From Gemmatimonadales bacterium (GTDB taxonomy: Bacteria > Gemmatimonadota > Gemmatimonadetes > Gemmatimonadales > GWC2-71-9), in contig DASYTD010000107.1 in assembly GCA_036002655.1 (NCBI GenBank), positions 726 through 64,725 of the forward strand: a stretch of 64,000 bases of DNA. The letters are read 5' to 3'. This document shows positions 39,953-48,015 of the stretch, piece after piece (the stretch's first letter is position 1; each line of letters starts with the position of its first letter). Made by a program: the position numbers and the translations under genes. The notes beneath the pieces are model-generated. The model saw only the letters and a list, made by a program, of their open reading frames with translations, had not been told where the DNA came from and searched no databases.

Positions 39953-41356
39953 GTGCTTTGGCGCGCTTCGTGCAAACCGTGCCATGCGTCCATGCCAACG
40001 AACCAAGCCGGAACCCAACTCTCCCAGCCCCCGCATCCACCGCCGCCGCTACGGGTCGAGCAGGCGCTGCGGCTGTTGCCCGATGTCGCGGATCTGGCGC
40101 CGCTGCGTGGCGTCGTGGTCTCGCTCTCGTCCAGTCGAGGCGGGGCCTGGACCGCGGCAGACCCGAATCGAACCATCGGCAAGCGGACACTCGATCCCAC
40201 CACGCTCCGCGCCCGGGTCCCTCAGGTGCTCAATCACGTCACCGGCCGCGCCGCCGTGCTCTACGACGCCGCGGTGGACGCGCTCGAGTCGGAGCAGAGC
40301 GGCGATCTGTCCCAGGCCGTGCGCGCGTTGGTACGTGCCGGCGAGTACGAAGAGAACGGCGTTCGCTACGCCCAGGCGCACGCGTGGTATCGCCAGGCGC
40401 TCGGCATCGCCGAGCAATTGCGCGATCGCCAGCCCGAGATGGAGGCGCTCTGCCACTTGGGGCGGTTGGAAGCGACGCGTGGGTACCTCGACGAAGGGGC
40501 GCGTGCCTTCCAGCGCAGCCTGGCCCTCGCGGAAGCCGAGTCGGATAGCGAGCACGCGGCCGGCGCATGTCAGGGGCTGGGCGATGTCTTGTTCGCCCAG
40601 TCGCAGTGGGTCGGCGCCGAGGCGTGGTTCAACCGCGGTCTCCAGTACGCGAAAAGCAATCGCTCACTGACGGGTGAGCTGTCGCTTGGGCTCGGGCAAG
40701 CGGCGCTGCGCCGCGGTCGGGTGGCCGATGCCGCGGAACGGCTGCAGCGGGCGCTCGAGAGCTTCGAGGCGGTCGGCGACAACGGCGGCGTGATCCGGAC
40801 GCTGCTCGCCCGCGGGCTCATGGAGGCCGCCCAAGGCAACACGGCGGACGTGCTGGTGAGTTACCGGGAAGCGCTGAGCCGCCTTCCCGTCGCAGGCGCC
40901 GATCCAGTGCTCGAGCTCGCTGTTCGCTTGCGTCTGGCGGAGCTCTACTTTGAGCTCGGTCGCCTTCCCGATGCCGAAGACGAGGCGCGCCGCGCCGAGG
41001 ACCTCGCGATCACGCACCAGCAGCAGGGCTCACTGGCGCGCGTCTACGTCATCATGGGGAAGCTGCGCGGCCGTCAGGGCGACGAAAGCGGCTTTGTCTT
41101 CTTCGAGCAGGCCATCGAGCTGTGTCGCAGCGGAGAGCCATCGCGCCGTCTGGAGGCGGAGGTGTACCGGGAGTACGCCAGCTTCCGCACCACGATGGGC
41201 GACCGTCATGAGGCTCGCGCCTATCTCGAGCGCGCCCGTGAGTTGCTCGACCCGTTCGGGGACGATGCGGCCCAGGAACGGATCGATCAGGAATTGCGGC
41301 AGCTCGATGTGTGGTTGTTGACCGATGGAGCGCCGTCCGCGCCTAATCCCCACTAG
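39953..41356 (+). CDS. TPR repeat protein
   Basis: Multiple TPR-like helical pairs (YAQAHAWYRQALGIAEQL, LCHLGRLEATRGYLDEGARAFQRSLALAE, and others). The start is uncertain (39953 or ATG 39992). Confidence 0.6.
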   Translation: MLWRASCKPCHASMPTNQAGTQLSQPPHPPPPLRVEQALRLLPDVADLAPLRGVVVSLSSSRGGAWTAADPNRTIGKRTLDPTTLRARVPQVLNHVTGRAAVLYDAAVDALESEQSGDLSQAVRALVRAGEYEENGVRYAQAHAWYRQALGIAEQLRDRQPEMEALCHLGRLEATRGYLDEGARAFQRSLALAEAESDSEHAAGACQGLGDVLFAQSQWVGAEAWFNRGLQYAKSNRSLTGELSLGLGQAALRRGRVADAAERLQRALESFEAVGDNGGVIRTLLARGLMEAAQGNTADVLVSYREALSRLPVAGADPVLELAVRLRLAELYFELGRLPDAEDEARRAEDLAITHQQQGSLARVYVIMGKLRGRQGDESGFVFFEQAIELCRSGEPSRRLEAEVYREYASFRTTMGDRHEARAYLERARELLDPFGDDAAQERIDQELRQLDVWLLTDGAPSAPNPH

Positions 41357-41389
41357 TTACTCGACGGCGCGACGGCTCGGCGGCTCGAA

Positions 41390-42784
41390 CTAGTGGCAGC
41401 TCGCGCTACCCGAATCGGTAAAGCTGCTTCCTGCCACCGGGACGAACTTCCAGTCGTAGCGGTCGGGATACAACGTCAGTTTGAGCACCCCGCGCGTCGT
41501 GTTGTTCCGCACTTCGCTGTTGGGCACGATCGTATTGAAGGCATACAGCGAAGCTCCGCCTCCCGTGCCCACCACGAACTCGCGAATCCCCTTCGCAACG
41601 TCGAGCTGTCCCGCCGCGGTCTGCGGTGCGAAACGCTCATAGACATGATCATGGCCCACGACGACAACCTCTGCCCCTGCATCGTACAGGGTCTGCCAGA
41701 GGGCCTGCAGAGCGGGCGAGCTGCCGTGCGGTCCGGAGCTGAACCGCGGGTGATGCCAGATCGCGAGCGTACACCGCACCGGGTGGGAGGAAAGATCGCC
41801 GACTAGCCACGTCTGCTGAGGTGACCCCGTCGCGGAGGCAAGATTGCTGTTGAGCACGATGATGTGCCACGAGCCGATATCGTAACTGTAGTAGCCTTTG
41901 CTGGGATCGCCGGCGGCGGCTCCGAAGTAACCGTAGTAACCGGTCGCGCCGAATGTGAAGTACTCGTGGTTCCCAGCGGCCGGACGCGTGCGTGACTTGT
42001 GCCGGCCCCAGGTCGGCGCATAACAATTGGCGAACTCGGCCGCCGTGCCGTCCTGGTACGCGTTGTCGCCGGCCGTAAAGACCGTCCCCTGGATGCCATC
42101 GAGCAGCTTGGCCGTCGCCTCGTCTCCCCCCGTCGTGCAGGACGCGATGTCGCCGGCCCCGACCAGGGTGACCGAGCTTGGCTTCGGATCGACGGTGATC
42201 TCGGCCGTCGCACTCAGGTTGCGCACTTTCGCCTGGATCGTCGCCGTACCAGTGGCCCGCGCGGTGACCAGTCCCGTCGCGTCTACCGAGGCCACGCTCG
42301 AGTTATCGCTCTTCCAGTCGGGGTCGGCGGGCAATGTGTCGCCGTGCCGGTTCTGGAGCGTCGCGGTGAAGCGCTGGGCGCCGTCCACGTACATGCTGGC
42401 AGTGGTCGGTGTGATGGTGAGCGTCTGCCCGCTATCCACGGAGACGGTGATGGCGGCAGTCTCCACCTCCCCGCGCGCGGAAACGCGTAGGGTGGAGCTG
42501 CCGGAACCCACCGCCCGCACCATGCCGGACGAATCCACCGTCGCGACCGACGGGTTGTCCATGCTCCAGGTAAGCGGCGCGGAGACGGGGCTGCCGTCCT
42601 TGTCGAGGAGTGTCGCGGTGAATCGCGCACTGTCGGGCACAAACAGACTCGCCGCCGTCGGCGTCAGGGTCAGCACGACGCCCGAATCGGTGATCGCGCG
42701 CGGGCAGGCGGCGAGCAAGACGACGGCGATGATGCCGATCGCCCGCGCTAGATAGCGGCTTGCGGTAAGAGATTCTGGATTCAG
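41390..42784 (-). CDS. Lipoprotein with three Big_2 (bacterial Ig-like) domains and a calcineurin-like metallophosphoesterase domain
   Basis: Three repeats of the Big_2 pattern (e.g. TATLLDKDGSPVSAPLTWSMDNPSVATVDSSGMVRAVGSGSSTLRV), then GAGDIASC ... GDNAY ... AAGNHEY ... GHDHVYERF. The lipobox is VVLLAAC. No ATG/GTG/TTG lies between the tRNA-like element and the signal peptide, so CTG 42784 is only a proposal. Confidence 0.75.
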   Translation of the reverse strand: MNPESLTASRYLARAIGIIAVVLLAACPRAITDSGVVLTLTPTAASLFVPDSARFTATLLDKDGSPVSAPLTWSMDNPSVATVDSSGMVRAVGSGSSTLRVSARGEVETAAITVSVDSGQTLTITPTTASMYVDGAQRFTATLQNRHGDTLPADPDWKSDNSSVASVDATGLVTARATGTATIQAKVRNLSATAEITVDPKPSSVTLVGAGDIASCTTGGDEATAKLLDGIQGTVFTAGDNAYQDGTAAEFANCYAPTWGRHKSRTRPAAGNHEYFTFGATGYYGYFGAAAGDPSKGYYSYDIGSWHIIVLNSNLASATGSPQQTWLVGDLSSHPVRCTLAIWHHPRFSSGPHGSSPALQALWQTLYDAGAEVVVVGHDHVYERFAPQTAAGQLDVAKGIREFVVGTGGGASLYAFNTIVPNSEVRNNTTRGVLKLTLYPDRYDWKFVPVAGSSFTDSGSASCH

Positions 42785-42813
42785 AACGACCGGTCCTTTC
42801 CCTGTGCAGGCGA

Positions 42814-42885
42814 GGAGCGGGAGGCGGGGTTGAAGCCGCGACCTCCGAGGTGGTATCCCCGGCGCTCTCTCTGAGCTACTCCCGC
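42814..42885 (-). tRNA. Aberrant tRNA-Gly-like element (probable tRNA pseudogene or non-canonical tRNA)
   Basis: The minus strand reads GCGGGAG TA GCTC AGAGA GAGC G CCGGG GATACCAC CTCGG AGGTC GCGG CTTCAACC CCGC CTCCCGC T CC. The 7-bp acceptor stem is perfect, and the 5' and 3' halves closely resemble bacterial tRNA-Gly. However, the D-loop has only 5 nt and no GG, the anticodon loop has 8 nt (ACC in the anticodon position), and the T-arm has 4 bp with an irregular loop. Confidence 0.45.
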
Positions 42886-42997
42886 GAGACGCCTCGCAGG
42901 GCTTACCGACAGTCCATCCCTGCGTGTTGCACCCCCTATCTATGCACGATCCGCGCCAAAAACCGTTTTGCGGCCCGCTGCTCATCCCTTCGATGAG

Positions 42998-43044
42998 TTT
43001 GAACTAATTCTCTTGTGCCTGAAATGGCTAACTCACTAAGGTGC
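42998..43044. repeat. Copy A of an about 46-bp imperfect direct repeat flanking the GT4 gene
   Basis: Core CTAATTCTCTTGTGCCTG here versus CTAATCCTCTTGTGGCCTG at 44113-44131. Overall identity is about 70 percent by hand alignment. This copy spans the GT4 stop codon. Confidence 0.55.
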
Positions 43045-44074
43045 GCGGCAACACCGAGCGGTACACATCCAACACCCGCTCCGTAAGGAGCGTTTCATCC
43101 AGGTGGCGAACGGCGGACCGTCCATCCACACGCCCCCCGCGCGCGAGCACGCGCTCGAGGGCGGCCGCAATCGTCGCCGGCTGGTCGTCATCGCATAGCT
43201 CGCATCCCTCTACGCCCTTCAGCCGGTCACCGACATCTCCCACCGCCACAGACACCACCGGAAGGTCACAGGCCAAGGCTTCCTTCACGACATTGGGGGA
43301 GCCTTCCTGCATCGACGTGAAGATCAGCGCGTCGCAGGCATTCATGTACAACGGCACCTGCTCGTGGCGCACCTTCCAGGCGACCACCAACCGAGCCGGC
43401 ATTCGTGCGTTGAGTAGCTCGACGGACTGCTGCGCGAGGGGATAGCGCTTGCGCGCCTGATTCGGTCGCCCCACGAATAGCACTAGGCGCTCGCCGGGAG
43501 GGACGTCCAATCCCAACTGCTGCCGCGCTTCGCCCTGCGGAATCGGCCGGAACAAGGTGAAGTCGATTCCGGACGGGATGACGTGCACGGGTGCCGATGT
43601 CTCGACATGACCGGCCAAGTGGGGGGCGACAAGAATGACGGCGTCGGCATGCTGCGCGACGAAACGGGAAGCCTTTTGCAGCAGCCGTCCGGCTCTCGTA
43701 TAGCCGCTGTCGCCGTCCCCCACGATCCCGAGGAGGTCGCTGCCGCGGAACGTGACCACGAGGGGCACGCGCTTGGGAAGCGCGAGGAGCCCACTCTGCC
43801 CGAACTGCGCGTGAATGAGGTCATAGCGTTCGGTGCGGAGGCGACGTCGGAGCCGCGCCCACGCCTTCACGTAGTTGTACGGATTCTTCTCGCCAAGAAA
43901 TGGAAAAACTTCGAGGTTGACGCCGGCCCGCGCCACAAACTCGGCTTGCCGCTTGATGAACGTGGGCGTCCACCGGATGCCGGGGGTGGGCCAATCGCTG
44001 GTCACCATCAAGACACGCTCCGTAATCCCGCTACCCTCGCTCCCCTGGTCACATGGGGGACAAGCAAGAAGCAC
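43028..44074 (-). CDS. Glycosyltransferase family 4 (GT-B, GT1-type C-domain)
   Basis: C-terminal GT1 motif (ALIFTSMQEGSPNVVKEALACDLPVVSVAVGD) and an N-domain of the GT4 type. The start is uncertain (ATG 44074 or ATG 44008). Confidence 0.8.
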   Translation of the reverse strand: MLLACPPCDQGSEGSGITERVLMVTSDWPTPGIRWTPTFIKRQAEFVARAGVNLEVFPFLGEKNPYNYVKAWARLRRRLRTERYDLIHAQFGQSGLLALPKRVPLVVTFRGSDLLGIVGDGDSGYTRAGRLLQKASRFVAQHADAVILVAPHLAGHVETSAPVHVIPSGIDFTLFRPIPQGEARQQLGLDVPPGERLVLFVGRPNQARKRYPLAQQSVELLNARMPARLVVAWKVRHEQVPLYMNACDALIFTSMQEGSPNVVKEALACDLPVVSVAVGDVGDRLKGVEGCELCDDDQPATIAAALERVLARGGRVDGRSAVRHLDETLLTERVLDVYRSVLPRTLVS

Positions 44075-44107
44075 GCCGCTTAACCCGAATTAATGGTCAC
44101 ATGCAAA

Positions 44108-44154
44108 TTGGAGCTAATCCTCTTGTGGCCTGCTAGTTAGTTCATTAGGGTGAG
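44108..44154. repeat. Copy B of the about 46-bp imperfect direct repeat (upstream of the GT4 gene)
   Basis: See copy A. It lies 35-80 nt upstream of the GT4 start, in the relatively AT-rich divergent intergenic region 44075-44309. Confidence 0.55.
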
Positions 44155-44309
44155 CGTGTCGGATGTGAGCCCTCCTGAGAGTGGTCTCGGACCTAGGGCA
44201 GACCGCTCCGCCGACCTTCAAAGCAGCGCCCGCTTTAGTTCAAGACTTCAGCAAGACCTGAAAGCTCAGGGCTAGCAGTTCGCCCTTTTGCTGAAAGGAG
44301 TTAGGTCTT

Positions 44310-46013
44310 ATGACGTTCGGATTTAAGCTGTCTCATCGGTTGGCTCGTGGCTTCTGGGCGGTCGGTACTGCCGCCGCGCTGGTTGCATGCGCGGGGGAGA
44401 ATCCCACCACCCCAGTCCCGTCCAACAATCCTGTCAACACGATCACCGTTAGTCCCAGCACCGCCAGCCTCGCCGTCAACGGCACGCTGCAGCTCCTAGC
44501 CGAGCTCCGTGATTCCACGGGCGTGACGTTGTCGGGTCGAGCGGTCAGCTGGAGCAGCGATGCCGCAAGCATTGCTTCGGTCTCTGGCGAGGGATTCGTT
44601 CAGGCGCAGGATACCGGCACGGCGACGATCACCGCCGCGAGCGAGGGAAAGAGCTCGACCGCGACGGTGACGGTCACACAGGCCCCGCCCGCCAGCGAGC
44701 ACGCGGGCTATTACGTCTCGCCATCGGGTTCGAGCGCCGGCAACGGCAGCAAGAACAGCCCGTGGAATTTGGCCACGGCTTTGGCCGGCGCCGGTGGCAA
44801 GGTGCAGCCGGGTGATACGGTTTGGATGCTCGGCGGCACGTACCGCGGCACATTCTCCAGCACCGTCAGCGGCAGCTCGGGGAAGCCGGTCGTCTTCCGG
44901 CAGTATCCGGGTGAGCATGCGCTCATTGACGGAGCGGGCGCCGCGCGAACGGCGACAGTTCTGAGCGTCAGGGGCCCATACGTGGTGTTCTGGGGCTTCG
45001 AGATGACGAATACGGATGCCGACCGTACCTGGTCGCAGACCGGTAACGGCGGCCGTCCTCACGCGTTGGCGAACTACGCACTGCACACGAAGTACATCAG
45101 TCTCGTGGTGCACGATGCGGGCGTGGGCATCTACAACGATCCGCGGCAGTACGACGTCGAGATCGTCGGGTGCGTGTTCTATAACAACGGCTGGCAGGGT
45201 CCCGACCGTGGACATGGTCATGCGATCTATCTGCGGAGCAACACGGGCCCGGTGTACGCGCACGACAACGTGTTGTTCAACCAGTTCGGGTACGGGGTGC
45301 ACGTGTACACCAACCCGGGCGATGGCTTGCTCAACAACATCCATATCGAGGGCAACATCGCCTTCAATAACGGCACGTTGGCCACCAACTCGTCGTCCTC
45401 GAATATTCTCGTGGGCGGCGACGACAAGGCCGACGGCGACGTGGTGACGCGCAATCTGACGTACTACCCGCCGGGCGTGTCGGCCACGAACATGAAGATC
45501 GGCTACGGCTCGCTGGTGAACGGGTCGGTGGAGCTGACGGATAACTACGTCGTCGGCGGTGGCCCGGTACTGAGCATGGGTTACTGGACGTCTTCGACGG
45601 TCAGTGGCAACAGCTTCATCGGCACGGGTTCGGTGCTGTCGCTGGTCGACCCCGCGCTGTCACCGAGCAAGTTCACAGGGCAGACGGCTGCATCGCTGCC
45701 CACCACGACGAAAGTCGTCGTGCGCCGCGTTGCGTATGAGACGGGGCGGGCGAACATCGCGGTCTACAATTGGGGGAACGCAGGTGAGGTGAGCGTGAAT
45801 CTCGACGGCATCTTGCCGCTGGGAGCGCAGTATGAGATTCGCAACGTTCAGAATATGAACGGCGCTGTGGTCACCAGCGGGACGTTCAACGGCGGCTCGG
45901 TTGCGCTGCCGATTCGTGCGGTTCCGCCGCCCGCTCCCGTGGGCTGGACGACACGGGTGGCTCCGGCGACGGGCACGGTCTTCAACGCGTACGTCGTAAC
46001 GATCCGCGAGTAA
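44310..46013 (+). CDS. Secreted lipoprotein: Big_2 domain plus right-handed parallel beta-helix (pectate-lyase-fold) domain, a candidate polysaccharide depolymerase/modifying enzyme
   Basis: Lipobox AALVAC and a Big_2 segment (TVSPSTASLAVNGTLQLLAELRDSTG...). Then YYVSPSGS..G.GS...PW.L..AL...V.PGDT.W..GGTY, typical of beta-helix proteins, and the NNGWQGPDRGHGHAIY motif. RBS AAAGGAG lies upstream. Confidence 0.72.
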   Translation: MTFGFKLSHRLARGFWAVGTAAALVACAGENPTTPVPSNNPVNTITVSPSTASLAVNGTLQLLAELRDSTGVTLSGRAVSWSSDAASIASVSGEGFVQAQDTGTATITAASEGKSSTATVTVTQAPPASEHAGYYVSPSGSSAGNGSKNSPWNLATALAGAGGKVQPGDTVWMLGGTYRGTFSSTVSGSSGKPVVFRQYPGEHALIDGAGAARTATVLSVRGPYVVFWGFEMTNTDADRTWSQTGNGGRPHALANYALHTKYISLVVHDAGVGIYNDPRQYDVEIVGCVFYNNGWQGPDRGHGHAIYLRSNTGPVYAHDNVLFNQFGYGVHVYTNPGDGLLNNIHIEGNIAFNNGTLATNSSSSNILVGGDDKADGDVVTRNLTYYPPGVSATNMKIGYGSLVNGSVELTDNYVVGGGPVLSMGYWTSSTVSGNSFIGTGSVLSLVDPALSPSKFTGQTAASLPTTTKVVVRRVAYETGRANIAVYNWGNAGEVSVNLDGILPLGAQYEIRNVQNMNGAVVTSGTFNGGSVALPIRAVPPPAPVGWTTRVAPATGTVFNAYVVTIRE

Positions 46014-46030
46014 GGACGCTGAAGAGCAGG

Positions 46031-46070
46031 GCGCCGGCCGTTGCCATCGCAGCGGCCGGCGTTTTGCTTT
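46031..46070 (+). terminator. Rho-independent terminator between the two beta-helix genes
   Basis: 13-bp stem CGCCGGCCGTTGC (46032-46044) pairing with GCAGCGGCCGGCG (46049-46061, one G-U pair). The loop is CATC, followed by TTTTGCTTT. Confidence 0.65.
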
Positions 46071-46081
46071 CGGATAGTCGC

Positions 46082-47533
46082 ATGGATCAGTTCTTCCGTC
46101 TCTTTGTGCTCGCCGCGATCGCCCCCGCCTTGGGGATGCCCCGAATCGGTGCGGGGGACACCCTCCAACAGGGCTCCCCCCCCCGTCACGGACGCAGCTA
46201 CTACGTCGCACCCGGCGGGACGAGCTTCGGCGATGGCAGTGAGCGCCGCCCCTGGGACCTGAAGACCGCGCTCGCGGGCGGGGGGGGGCCTAGCCGGGTG
46301 CAGCCGGGTGACACCATCTGGCTGCGTGGCGGCACGTATCGCGGCGCGTTTCGCAGCACGGTAGCGGGGCGAGAGGGCGCGCCGGTCGTGGTGCGGCAAT
46401 TCCCAGGCGAGCGCGCTGTGCTGGACGGCGCGGGTCCGGCGCGCAGCAGCACGCTCTACGTCGCCGGCGACTATAGCGTGTTTTGGGGTTTCGAGCTCAC
46501 GAACTCGAGTCCACAGCGTACCAGCCCGTCTCCAGGGTCGGACTTCCGTCCCAACGTGGTCGTGCCCGCCGCGGCGCACACGAAATTCATCAACCTGGTC
46601 GTGCACGACGGCGGCGTCGCGTTCTATACCGAGCCGAAATTCCCCGACATCGAGATCAGCGGCTGCATCATCTACAACAACGGCTGGCAGGGTCCCGATC
46701 GCGGACATGGGCACGCGCTGTACATCAAGAACTACACGGGGCCGCTCGTCGTACGCGACAACGTCATGTTCAACCAGTACGGCTACGGCGTGCATGGCTA
46801 CACCAACGCGACGACAGGGAAGCTCATCAACATCACCATCGAGGGGAACGTCGCGTTCAACAACGGCGCCTTAGCGCAAAGAAACTCGCTGTCGTCGAAT
46901 ATCCTGCTCGGCGGAGAGGCGTACGCCGCGGGCGATGTGGTCCGCGACAACGTGGCGTACTACTCGCCGGTGCTCCGGGCCGCGGGCGCCAATGTGATGA
47001 TCGGCTGGAGAAAGGTCGAGAACGACGACGTGGTCGTGGAGCACAATTACTTGGTGGGCGGATCGCCGGTGCTGGAGTTCGGTTACTGGAAAGCCGCGCG
47101 TGTCTCGAACAACACGCTGATCGGCGCGGCCGGCCCGGCAATCATTCGGCGCGACGCCGCGGCGCGCGGCCAGATCTGGCGCGACAATGAAGAGCACTCG
47201 TCCGCCACAACCACCAAAGTCGTCGTGCGTTCGAACCTGTACGAGAAGGGCCGCGCGCACGTCGTCGTATTCAATTGGGCACGGGACAGCGCAGCGAGCG
47301 TGGATGTAAGCGGCATCCTCGCGCCCGGCGACCGCTACGAGGTCCGCAACGTCCAAGACGTGTTCGGAGCCCCGGTCGCCACCGGTACTGTGGCCGGCAG
47401 CTCGATCACGATCCTCTTGCGCGGTGTGACGCCGCCGGTGCCCGTGGGGTTGACGTCGTCGCCCGCCCCCAAGACCGGGCCAGCCTTCGATGTGTTCTTG
47501 GTGACTCGCACGCCCGCGGTTCCAAAGAGCTAG
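46082..47533 (+). CDS. Secreted right-handed beta-helix protein, tandem paralog of 44310-46013 without the Big_2 domain
   Basis: Signal peptide MDQFFRLFVLAAIAPALG and the same motif series (YYVAPGG...PW.L.TAL...VQPGDTIWLRGGTY; NNGWQGPDRGHGHALY). ATG 46082 is chosen over TTG 46064, which lies inside the terminator. Confidence 0.72.
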   Translation: MDQFFRLFVLAAIAPALGMPRIGAGDTLQQGSPPRHGRSYYVAPGGTSFGDGSERRPWDLKTALAGGGGPSRVQPGDTIWLRGGTYRGAFRSTVAGREGAPVVVRQFPGERAVLDGAGPARSSTLYVAGDYSVFWGFELTNSSPQRTSPSPGSDFRPNVVVPAAAHTKFINLVVHDGGVAFYTEPKFPDIEISGCIIYNNGWQGPDRGHGHALYIKNYTGPLVVRDNVMFNQYGYGVHGYTNATTGKLINITIEGNVAFNNGALAQRNSLSSNILLGGEAYAAGDVVRDNVAYYSPVLRAAGANVMIGWRKVENDDVVVEHNYLVGGSPVLEFGYWKAARVSNNTLIGAAGPAIIRRDAAARGQIWRDNEEHSSATTTKVVVRSNLYEKGRAHVVVFNWARDSAASVDVSGILAPGDRYEVRNVQDVFGAPVATGTVAGSSITILLRGVTPPVPVGLTSSPAPKTGPAFDVFLVTRTPAVPKS

Positions 47534-48015
47534 GACAGAACCTCACGATACACGTCGAGCAGGCGCTCCGTCGCCGCCTGTTCATCCGTTTCCGGAGTGA
47601 TCACGTACACCGGCGTCCGCGTGCGGAGCTGCTGCTTGATCTGCTCCGAGGGGACGATGACCGCGTCCGCCCGCGATGCCCAGAAGCGCGCCAACAGGTT
47701 TCGCTTGACCAATGAGACGACCAGCGGCACGCGTTTGGGGAGCGCCAATAACGTATTGGATGCGTCTTGCGCGTGGACGACGTCGTAGCGCCCGGGGTGC
47801 AGGCGCGGCCGCAGCTGTGTCCACGCCGCTGCGTAGTTGTAGAAGTTGCGGCCCCGGAACGCGAAGACTTCCACGGAAAGGCCTGCCGCCTGCAGAGCCT
47901 CGGCTCGGCGTTTGACCGCGCTCGGTTGTGGGTGCTGTGGCTTGAGCACCGGCCACTCGTTGGTGATCAGCAACAGCCGCGGCTGCTTCTCCCGCATCTC
48001 ACGACTACCGTTCAC
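47530..48015 (-). CDS. Truncated GT4 paralog: N-terminal domain and last about 12 residues only (likely non-functional remnant)
   Basis: It aligns to the GT4 at 43028-44074 over the N-domain (NFYNYAAAWTQLRPRL...RYDVVHAQ...LLALPKRVPLVV versus NPYNYVKAWARLRRRL...RYDLIHAQ...LLALPKRVPLVV) and at the C-end (ERLLDVYREVL versus ERVLDVYRSVL). The whole GT1 C-domain is missing. Confidence 0.55.
   Translation of the reverse strand: MNGSREMREKQPRLLLITNEWPVLKPQHPQPSAVKRRAEALQAAGLSVEVFAFRGRNFYNYAAAWTQLRPRLHPGRYDVVHAQDASNTLLALPKRVPLVVSLVKRNLLARFWASRADAVIVPSEQIKQQLRTRTPVYVITPETDEQAATERLLDVYREVLS

Noticed and set aside
41390-42985. The N-terminal 67 aa of the 531-aa ORF (MSSGPQNGFW...).
   Set aside because: This stretch overlaps the tRNA-like element and has non-protein-like composition (Cys/Arg/Gly/Trp-rich). 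The real protein begins at the lipoprotein signal peptide further downstream.
42785-44309. Integrase, transposase or prophage genes expected next to the tRNA-like element.
   Set aside because: Every ORF of reasonable size around the element is accounted for by the GT4 gene or shadow frames. No recombinase motifs were seen, so a mobile-element call is not supported by this window.
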